Below, one piece after another: positions 27,229 to 37,511 of a stretch of 64,000 nucleotides of DNA. The translations under genes were made by a program, and so were the position numbers. Under the pieces are notes generated by a model. The model saw only the letters and a list, made by a program, of their open reading frames with translations. It was not told the origin of the DNA and did not search any database. Numbering within the stretch: the stretch's first letter is position 1; every line of letters starts with the position of its first letter. The stretch spans positions 1,302,001 through 1,366,000 of the forward strand of contig JBLDXI010000002.1 in assembly GCA_047495785.1 (NCBI GenBank). The letters are read 5' to 3'. The stretch comes from Lepidodermella squamata (taxonomy: Eukaryota; Animalia; Gastrotricha).

Positions 27229-27437
27229 TTTTGCCTGCGGTTTACTATAGTAATAATCAGAGCACTATCAAAAATACCCTTATTTTCTTCAAACGCGTAG
27301 CCTTACATATATCTAGAGCCACTACTATTGTCTAAGGATTGGCAAATTGCCTTCGACACTAGGGCTTTTCTCTGCCCAATGATTGAATTTGCTTCCTTGG
27401 TGGACCCGAGGTCCCCAAGGTATGAGGGCAGGCTGCC

Positions 27438-27596
27438 TGCGGTTGAGACTTGACTTCCTGTCCCAAACTATATCCAGTGAAGCCCCACCCACATTCAAGA
27501 GTTCGCACTTCTGTTAATGATCAGGTGAGTTTCGATCAAAGGCGCCCTAAAACTTTCTAAAACTCACTTGACGAGCCAGCCGAAGTTGTAAGCGCT
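27438..27596 (+). repeat. ~160-bp dispersed repeat, copy 2
   Basis: Direct match to 16735-16895. Confidence 0.92.
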
Positions 27597-27808
27597 AAAG
27601 AATAAGTCATTATTGGTGGTTCGCTTCACTGCGGCCGCTCACTGCATGCTAGGAGTTGTCAAGAGGAGCGAGACATTTTGAAATTTTGAAGTCCCTAATT
27701 TCATGCCCATACCCACTTGTTGGTACAAATCGGCGATTCAATTACTCTCCGAAACAGAGTTTTCGCCATCCGAATAACGAAGGGTTAAATCCCGAATAGC
27801 TATGCTTT

Positions 27809-28019
27809 ACTGTAATTGGCAGTATGGTCTATTTGCTGTACTGGGTAGTACTGCCTGAATGGCTGTAGTTGGAGGTACAGTCTGAATGGCTGTACTAGGC
27901 AGTACAGCCCTTACATAGGCTGTACGCGGTGAGAGTCCGTATACTGTACTGAAGAGTACAGCTCGTAATTGCTGTACTACTCAGTACAGTGTCCGGGGCT
28001 GTACTCCGCGCAGTACAGT
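27809..28019. repeat. Array of 8 palindromic units RCTGTACT-N4-AGTACAGY with ~27-bp period
   Basis: Units start at 27809, 27835, 27862, 27889, 27919 (half unit), 27943, 27971 and 27998; stems conserved, loops all different. Confidence 0.9.
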
Positions 28020-30179
28020 TCAAGGCAAAAAATCACCAAAGTGCGGGTTCTTCCGCCATCAAATTGAGTCACGTGGTTTCATCAGCTTTCCTGCAGCATC
28101 ACTCTGCATCACTGATTCAGGCAATTTCGCCAACTCGCTCAACGTCCTCTGCATCAGGGACGACATGCTCCAGAAGCTTAATAGAAGCTTTTTCATTCTC
28201 AAATACTAGCTGTTTGCGCTCACGGAAACTTTGTAGGAGGCAGTTATCAATTGTGATAACCTGCCCCGAGATTTTGACGAGTCCTTTTTGAGCGCCGAAA
28301 ACAACGACGCCTATCATCTTCTTATCATCGCGCAAAAAAATCGATTGGGTTGCTCTACAGAACCAGTGTTGTATCCCCACTTTCTTTTCCACGAGTTTTC
28401 ATGGTTGCATGCCGCGGCTTGGCAGCTCTATGTCGCATTTCAAAATATCTATGAACTGCTACATTTACTACACGTGATGATTTAAACGATCAGTCGTCCT
28501 ATTGCTTTTAGTCTAAATTGTATATTCTTCATTCATATATTACGGATGATTATCAAATTAAAATCAGAAGAAAACAAATAAAAAGGCTTGAGAAAACAAA
28601 ATTTATGCAATCCAAGTGGTATCCAAAGAAGCAATCATCAACTAGTAACAAACTGAGAATAGACATGCGCGCGCGTATTCTGCTGACGTTCTCATTCTAT
28701 TATAGGAACCGCCACGAAATACAATTTGCGGCAATTCGCTGTAGTATTTTACCGATTCGTCGTCTGATGTTTTTGCTATACGAATAGCACGTTACATGGA
28801 GAGGCTATGGCGTAAAGATGTGCGGCCGTGCAGCAATCTTGAACACGCCTTTTACATCTTCAGTAATAAGAATAAGCAATAATCGATGGTTGTGAGACAG
28901 TTGGATAGTCTGTTTTTTTACGTACACCACTATCCTCCTTGACGACTGACAGACCGACAGAAGGACCGGCCGAACACGACCTACGACAACGGGAGTTCCC
29001 CGTCACTCGAATGTAGACCCCTCGGTTTGGATGCTCAACAAACTGGCCACTCATAGCACTTTCCAGCTGCGAGTCGAAGCCGGCTCTCAATTTTCGCTGA
29101 ACTCTGCATTTCAAGGGGGTTCCAAAACCTACAGCCTGCTATCTACGTGGGCAGGGCAGTTCGATCCAGGTTTTCTTCTCTACAGCCTTTTAGCACCAGC
29201 AACTTCGAGATGTCGGTTCGTGTATCGGATTCGGGCAATTCTCCCTCGCCTCATCCCAGCGAACAACGCATCTATTGGTCGTCCATCAACTCAGCATGGG
29301 CTTTTTTTCTAATTTTTTAATGACCGCGTTTTTACCGCGCGAGGCTCGAATAGCATTAACAATTTATCTGGTTGCATAACTGTTACTAAAAAGTGACTCT
29401 TCTGCTTGCAGAGAATGGCTCTGACTTAGATTCGAGCAAATTCATTGCCTTAACATTAGCAGTTAATGGCTTATCGATGACTCTGAGCTCAAGTGTCATT
29501 AGTAGTCATCGCGGCGGCACTCTGTTTCGTGGAGATAATAGGTAGGTCTCCTGGTATGATGTGTAGGTGTTCCAGAGTGGCTTTTGCTGACTGTATACGT
29601 AGGGAGCTCAACCTCATCAATAGCGGCCGAAGAGATAAAATAAAATTGGCTTCATCATATTTTGTTTCAAATCGATCGAAAACAGCAGAATTACTGCGAC
29701 CCTATGCGAAAGCACGAGGCGAATGCCATCCCTGGCATCTCCAGGGTCCATTATCGCACCTTGGTTATTTAGCGTATATTGCGAAAGTAATTTTTGTTGA
29801 TTTGGCTAGTGAACATGACTTGAACAGCCACCTGAATTTTATTACTTACACAATTTTACAGCATTTCCATTTACCGGCGCACAACATATCCACGCATGAA
29901 CAGAAAGAAATGTGTGTCATTCAGATTAGATCTTTTGATCGTAAAACGTATAAGGCACAAGTACTGATGACTGAGAAACAAAATAATAAGAGACCAAGAG
30001 TTCTTTTGAATATTGAAAAATGATACAAAGTTAGCAGTAATTTGCCCGCCAGAGCGACTGCAATGCTTGATTTTAAAAGTCCCTAGTAGCGCGGGGAATC
30101 GGAAAACAGCGTTACTTCCACAATGACTCAACTTTCTTTTGAAACCAGGTTAGTTATAATTCCAACAGACACCGATAAA

Positions 30180-33100
30180 CTAAATATTACTCACTAAGTA
30201 GAGATTGACAGCGAGGACGCCTTCGAATGCAACAAGAAAAGCAAGGCAGTCCAGGGCGCGGATTAGTGACAAAGCAAAGTTCCCAATGACATTCACGCGG
30301 CTTTCGAACTTGGCATTGTCCTTTGAAGCAAGCCTGGACGTTATGACTTGGTACACAGCGATGCAAGCAATCGTTCCAGTGAGGCCAAGCACGTAATTGG
30401 CGTACAATATTTCCTGATCAGTCGCCGGAACACTCGAGAGCACGTCCGATTGGGCGACAATCAGCGACAGCATGATTGTGCAACAAATTCCAGGCCGATC
30501 GGGAACGGCTGGGTCCATGAAAAAGGTTGCGAAGGCGAGAATTATCAACACATAGCAAGGTACAACCATGTTGACAACGTAGTAGCCAGGGTTGCGTCTG
30601 AACACCAAATGGATCGTCGCGTATGAGACTGGAACGGACAGCCTAGTTGGGCAAGTGACGTTTCCCTTCTCAACGGTCAGCGAATCGAAAGACCAAACTC
30701 CGTAGGATAAATCACCTGGCAAGACATGTATCCCATCCAAGGTGACAAAATAGGAAGCTTCAGACATCAACATCACGATTTCACAGGTTTGAGTGTCGAA
30801 TGGAAATTTGGTCAACTCATAATCGCAGCTCGCTGTGAAGATCCCGACGCGGTTCCAGTGGAAGAACAACGTGCGATTCGGAACTGTGGGGTAGTAGGCA
30901 ATGTCCATCGTCTCGCCGCAATCAGGGTTCAAAAGGTCAAATTCGGGTGTTTTGTTGGCGAAAATGAGCGACGGGCGCCAAATGTCAGTTCGGCGGGTTG
31001 AAAGAAGCCGCTCCTTATCCGCAGCCCCGGGTGCTGTGTGTACAGCCTCGCAAGACGTGACCATCCACTGCAGAAGCAACCCGCCCCACATCGACAACTC
31101 GTGCTCCTCCTGGTCGATCGATGCCACCCGTTCGACAGTTAATGTTGCGTATACTTTGGTTTGTGGGTTTGGTGCACGTCTGTCATTGGCGAGGGCTTCG
31201 CATGGCATCAGGTCCTCAATGTCAACCGTCGGAATGTGGTGCCCTTCATCCAGTTGCGGGGTAGGGAAATGATCGTCCGATGGCGATATGTTCGGCATTT
31301 TGAAGGTAACGGGAGATGTGCGTGCGATCGATGTCGAGGTCGAAGCTGTAGTTGTAGTCGTAGTCGACGTTGATGTCTTGCTCGAGCAGTCGTAGATGGC
31401 GACGTAATGCAGGTCCATCGTATCTGCGTTACCGCCGTTTTTCGCGCCAATGCCGAACAGCATCTGCTGGCCCGTGAACGAGCTGGCGATGCGCACAGGT
31501 GAAGGAGCTTTTGTAAACGGGCCGATGCACGTGCCATTTTTCACACAAAAAGCCAACTGTGAGGTGACAGAGAAATTTAAAAGTTTTAATCAAAACTAAT
31601 GGATTTTTCAAGATGAAATTTCCGATGAGGGAAGCATAGAGATAATAGTTAACGTGGGAAAGGAGTCGAAATGTTAATGTTAACCCTTAGCCGCCGATGA
31701 CGTGTACACGAGTCAATTCGAATAAAAATTCGCCGAAAATTCATTTTTAGTCCAAACGGTTTCATTTTGGCACGGTAATTAGTCTCAACTACCCAGGTAA
31801 CCATAGGTCAAAGCAATTTTTTCTCTTTTGCGAATATCTATCGCCGAGGAGGAAGACTTCGAAGAGGTGGGTTCCACCGGGTCTGAATTATCGGACGATG
31901 AAGAAGATTTGCCCTTGTCCAAGTTCAAACCTGTTGCTACCAGCTGGAGTCGCTTGAACGACAACGTTCCCCAGCCGCAGACGTGCAATGTTCTATCAGG
32001 AAAAGCAAATTGTCGTTGATGCCTATTGTCAGGCGATTGCAGATCTTAACGCCGATGGCGACGATGGTCCGGGTCATGGAGTTGGGGTGGCTGGCGCTGT
32101 TCCTGCGGCTGGTCCTGGTCCTGGTCCTGTCGCTGCTGCACAGAACCGAAACCGAACTCAAGGTCGCCTCGCTTTGTTTGAGCTCATGTTTCCCGTGTTC
32201 GAAATGCTATGCACTGAAACCAATCGCTACATCCACTTCGTTTGGAAACCTGGAATGTCTCAATTTTCTCACACCAGTGTCAAGGAAATGTACCGCGTCG
32301 TCGCCATCATTTTCTTCGAAGGAATTAGACCACATCCGAGTATCAGAAATGCCTGGCAAATTTCGGATGCAATCTTTTACAGCCCGTCGATCGCGCATAT
32401 CATGCCCAGAGATCGAATTATAGCGATAATGCGATTTCTTCATTTCAAAATCAGACGTATGCTGTCGGAACTGTACGTGTCAACCGATCTGGTCTTGACC
32501 CGAAGGTCCCCCTTCCCAAGGGGAAAAAGGTGGCTCGCGGCACAATGCAGTTCAAGGTTTACGGCCAGAAGTTGCTTTTTGTCAGTTGGCAGGTGAGTTA
32601 TCCCTTAAATCCTTTAATGGCTGGGACATTTTTGGCGAATTGCGTTCTAATAAGTGCCAGGCCGTCAGCTTAGCTAGTAATTTTTATAGGCGCATAGAAT
32701 TTTGTAGCCATTGAAATAAGATTTTCTTTAAATTGGATCAAAATTGAATTTTCCACGCATTTTCGAAATTGCTAAAATGAACATAATTTTTTTATCGAAA
32801 ATAAAGTGGGACAAAATGGAAATTGGAATAACAGAGCCCGTGAAAGTCATTTTCGATCGAGGTTTCTATTTTATACCCTAACAAAGACTTTCAAAGTATT
32901 ATCGAGGACTTAGCTAGTTAGAAGCATTCGGCCCAGTCAATTAGTTAAGAAACTGAAATCAGCCGCGGAATTTTAAATTACAAAAAAATTACTCCGATCT
33001 TTTTGGAGTTTTTGCCGCTAGGATTAGAATTTCGGATTTACACAATAACTGAAGGGATCTTATTATCTCCGAACACCCATAATGTCACCGGCAAATGTTA

Positions 33101-34924
33101 TGATTGCCGCCTCAACAAATTTGATTGTTTTTTCCGGTAATAGGACAATCGTGAGTTTCTTATCTACTTGCCACTCGGCGGTACCGACGAAGACTGTGGT
33201 TCGCAAGCAGGCTCGTGGCCAATCAATCGACGTTACCTGCCCGCCAGTTGTTGTCGATTACGGAGAAAACATGAGCGGGGTCGACCGCGCTGAACGACTA
33301 CGCCAAACGTACGACTGTTCTTTGCCTTGCAAGAAATGATGGCGGGTCGTGTTTTTCTGGGGCCTTGAATCAGCTGCGAATTTTGTGGAAGAAAGTTACC
33401 GGTCAGGCTAACTGCTCGGCTTTCAAGTTTCGCCGCGGTCTCATCGATGAGTTGCTGTTGGCCGCAGGTGAAAGTTAGACCTCAACGGTCGATGGCAGAA
33501 AACGCGCCAAGCTCGAAATCGACACTTTTGAATGTACGCAAGCATGGAGAGAAGGCGGTCACTTACCGGCACACAACGGCTACAAAGACGATGGCAAAAC
33601 TTCGATCATGCTCAAATGTGTGTTCTGCTGGGCTTCGAAACAAGGTGTCAAATAACGCCGACGCCGTGCCAAGTCCCGTTTTGCCGAATGCCGAATTGCC
33701 CTCATAAAGCCTGAAAAACTTACCTCTTACCTCTCACCTATATGTGATTTTTGCAATATCTTCGTCATGCAATATCGTCGAATAAATTTCTCGAAAAAAC
33801 AAGCTAATAATAATGCGTTCATAAAAAGCCGCGTGTTGACACGCTCTTACTTGTAAACCCGTTGATCTGACGCTTCAGCGCGTTTTATAATAATACACTT
33901 TGACCTAACGTGATAACCCGTGAAAAAATTGAAAACGCGTTTACAAGTCAATTTTAGCGGGTCGCCGCGTTTTTTAATACATAAAAACTCGGACGCGTCA
34001 AGTCGTTCCCCCACACGTCATTGCGCCGGCGTCTGAGGGTTAAACCAGGCTAAGATCAGGCCTTTCCGGTTTTCCATCACAGATCTTGGTCGATATGATT
34101 CAGAAAACTATGTGGATTCAAGCTAGTGTCTCTGCCTCAAAGTGATACAGTATGAATATTCAGTGAGACAATTGAAACTTACAGAAACTTGCGTGCCATT
34201 GGTCACGCGAATCTGATAAATGACGTAGTTGTTTTTCAAATACGGAACGCGGGGTACGGAAGGCGAAGCAACTGTTGTTCTATTTCCTCCGGGTGTTGGA
34301 GAGATTTGCGCCTCAACCCAAGGGCCGTACGAACAGATGTACACAGTCAATCCGACAAAAAGTGAATCATCCATGGCCCAGTATCCGGTAACTAACGGAA
34401 ACAGTGTCAATTCTTATTGAATTTCACAACAACTGAAATTACATCCAGTTGGCGGTCGTTTCATTGAGGCGTTATTAGCGATCACAACGCGGATGCCATC
34501 GGCTGCCCCGCCATCATCATCGGTGTTGTACACCATAATTTCGATGTAAAAATCGTCGAGATTGAAGACCTGCAAATTTGGAATTATATTTTCATTGGTA
34601 TATAATGGTATTGGTAAACATGTCGTAATTGAGACTGTTAACTGAAATTCTTCGAAGTTTAATGATCAAAGCTACCTGTTTATTCCACAGACCAGCTTCA
34701 AACCATGGGTTACTCTCCGACGACAATCTGGTTGTGTTCGCTGGCTGGCCTACGGTGTTGAGGTTTGACATGGGAAGATAATCCCAGTAGGCCGAGCGGT
34801 CAGTCGTGTGATCAATCAGCGACATCTGCGGCACCAGAGTGCCACAGGACAGCAGACTCTGCCCGCTTGCAGCATTCAGAGAACAAGCCAAAAACATGTA
34901 AGCAGAAAAGCTTGCTTGAAACAT
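30180..34924 (-). CDS. Cys-loop pentameric ligand-gated ion channel subunit with N-terminal L-type lectin domain; exons 34924-34676, 34569-34443, 34391-34183, 31556-30180 (653 aa)
   Basis: Signal peptide; lectin motifs (TRLS…AGLWNKQVFNL..F, GAADGIRVVI, GFTGY…SLFVGLTVY, LFGIGAKNGG.ADTMDL); Thr/Ser-rich linker; LGIC ECD (RAP, IWRPSL, CDYELTKFPFDTQTC); pre-M1 RRNPGYY; four TM helices. Three GT-AG introns with consistent phases (0,1,0); no stop in the spliced frame. Confidence 0.85.
31684..34039 (+). mobile_element. piggyBac transposon with degenerate transposase, inserted in intron 3 of the lectin-LGIC gene
   Basis: TTAA TSDs at 31680-31683 and 34040-34043; TIRs CCCTTAGCCGCCG…ATGACGTGT / ACACGTCA…CGGCGTCTGAGGG; transposase fragments ETNRY…IMPRDR…IMRFLHF (31988-32450) and VSFLSTCH…PPVVVDYGENMSGVDRAE…KK*WR (33130-33370); central catalytic region replaced by AT-rich DNA. 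Confidence 0.93.
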
Positions 34925-35299
34925 GATCTATACTCCAATAATATTCTAAAACTTCCTAGTTGAAAGCAACGTTTGAGCAGAAAAATCGACTCCCCACTGA
35001 CTTGAGGTGTATTCAAGCTTAAAAAATAGATACCCCGGAATGAGTTTTGATACTAAACAATATTCTAACTACACTCAGCGCAGTATTTATAAACGCCACA
35101 ACTTTAACGATTAATTGTGAGAACTGTCGACGTATTCGAATCGAGAAACATCAATAATTCACGTATATTGTCTGAAATCTGGCTGGTAGAGTAGCTCCAT
35201 TAGCCGAAGAGTCATCAGTCATCACTGCCATCGCACGCTTGAGCTTGAACGCTTAGACGCTGTTGATATTTTCAGCGAAACAGTGCATCCACCTACTCG

Positions 35300-35910
35300 A
35301 TCGGCGTCAATTCTAATTCTAATCTCGCCGCCGTCCAAAAATCAGCCATATTTCCGCATGATGTCTCGATGCTGGTGCAAGATCGTTTCTACGGGCGACC
35401 AGAGCGAAAAAAACTCGGATTATCTCCGCTCTCCGCTTCGGAAAAGGTGGCTGCGCTATGCCCATACCCCATACTACAAATGCGATCGTGTGTTGTTATC
35501 CAACCTTACCGTCCACCTGTGGCCATACGGAAGTATGATACAGTATGTCCAATAAATTCTGAAAAACTGATGTGAGCGAACAAATGAGTTACCAACAAAT
35601 GAGTGTTGAACTTCGGCGGATGTGGGTTCTGTGAAAGGGTATTTCGTTTTGAATTTGGGTTGTCTCAACTCCTTTTGCACTTTTTTCCTCATTTAAAGTG
35701 AACTTGAGATTGATTTATCACCAATAAGTTGCAGCGCAGTCATTCCAGCCAAGAATTGGCATTCGCCACCTCCGCCAACAGTGACCAATTTCAAATTGTT
35801 TAACGTTGCCAATTCCTCCGACCATTTCATATTCGACTTGATGCCAGACGGTGGCAGAATATAATCTCGGAATCTGTCCGTATCCTCTTCCATAGGGAAA
35901 TGAAAATCTG
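35300..35910 (-). pseudogene. Decayed OTU-like cysteine protease / deubiquitinase domain
   Basis: LKLVTVGGGGECQFLA..TAL…*MRKKV..EL resembles the OTU Cys box (V.GDGNC.F.A…LR..V); ORFs 35693-35893 and 35474-35692 abut in one frame, separated by a single TAA. Confidence 0.55.
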
Positions 35911-36096
35911 TAAATAGGAAATTTAATTGATAATATTGTAATGCGTAAGAATGCTAACTTGGGTTATCATCTTCCACTTCGGAACTGGTTGAGCAATCAG
36001 CATCTTCATGATCTCTTATATCCTTCCATCCTGAGCCTACTGAATTGGTAGTGCCAGAGTTCGACGGCTGGGGGGTAGCACAAGGGCAGAAATGCC

Positions 36097-37066
36097 GAGC
36101 TGTGAGACTACCGGTTGCGGAACATTTCTTGTTCCTCCAGTGCTAGGATAACTGCGGAGAAGGACAGCGTATCTTACAGGTTTGTTTTAAAGACTCCTGC
36201 TGGGCCGCAAGTTAGTCCAAGGCTTTGGATAGATCATTGCACTTATTATGAGCTGCAACTGCGTGCCACTTTTTCGCAAGTGATATCAGGCTACCGCTCG
36301 TCGATTGATGTTCGCAAAACCAAACTGGTCTATCCACAAAAAATTATATTCGAGGCGAGGCTTCAACTATTTACCGAGGCAGCATTCGAAGACGTACCCA
36401 TGATCGTGGTTATTTTGCAAGCAGATTCTTCTAACCAGTAACGTGGATTGGTGTAACAAAGCCCTCTTTCTATAGTACGTCTCATGCCTCTTTCCAGTCT
36501 TCTGGTTATATAATTCAATCGGTAGCTACTATTTCCTTGAAAAGATGGCGTTGGGCGAAAGGCGCGCGAGCCAAAAATCTTGCTCGGCCGTAGTAATATG
36601 ATGCGGCAAGATTTGTCGCGATATAAGCCTAATATAAATTATTAAATTGCTCTTACAATATTTTATTAATGAAATCAACATAACAATATTGACTTTTACT
36701 TCATTCAACCTTAACCGAAGAATCGATCATATTTCCAGTTTTTTCATGACATTTTTTGCGTTTTTTGCTGCGATTTATGCCCATAACTCAGCATCCTCAA
36801 GTCAGAAATAGAAACTGGGACATGAGCCATCATCAGCCAAGTTTTACTCGAATGCAGACATTTACTAATTCAATTTTTGTGGCCATCGCCTGACGTTTGC
36901 GATTGTTTTATCGACTTTCATGATGTCAGCTGTTTGATACCTATATACAAATTGCCACGTAAGCGGAAGATGACTCAGCACTCTGAGCGCATCATTCCTA
37001 TTGCCTATTGCTCCTAGATTTTCGTTTATGGTGGGTTCCCAGATGAGTCCTGAATTATTAAAACCT
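36097..37066 (+). repeat. Copy 2 (uninterrupted) of the ~1-kb duplicated segment
   Basis: High identity by eye to 25170-25250 plus 26351-27228. Confidence 0.92.
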
Positions 37067-37511
37067 TATATTCAGCAAATTTAAGCACAACTTTAGCTAT
37101 TCGTATTTCCACGTTAAGTCTGCGATTCAATTCGCCCGAGCAACCTAATAGTTGTTGAATTTCCCGCTTGCTTCGCACACGTGCTCCTTGAGCTAAAAGA
37201 AATATACTGGAGAGGCGATGATCGATGGTCGAGAGCCGTCGTCTCGAATTTCCTTGCAGCGTAACGATTGTGGCATGCCATAACTAGTCTCTGGCGCGTG
37301 GACATTTATTTAAGATCATCCTGTTTTTCTTCTTACGGAGTGGGGTAGTTGAACTCAGTGGGAGATCTGTCACTACTACTACCCTATGCGCTATCCATAT
37401 TTTTGTGTGTTTACTGGGCGTCTAATTCCTTATTATGATTCATAAGGTTGATGTATTCGCCATTCGGAATCATTCAGAACTCTATGTTACAATTTTGTAT
37501 TCTCTAGTTTC

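Noticed and set aside
27195-27230. Hammerhead-like CAGATGAGTCC…AAAC (also near 37040)
   Set aside because: Core CTGA is altered, and there is no GGAC partner for stem II and no GAAA.
27809-28019. CRISPR interpretation of the palindrome array
   Set aside because: Variable parts are only 4-10 nt, no cas genes, eukaryotic context.
28117-28392. ORF with a P-loop-like VVVFGAQKG stretch
   Set aside because: No GK(S/T), short, no supporting exons.
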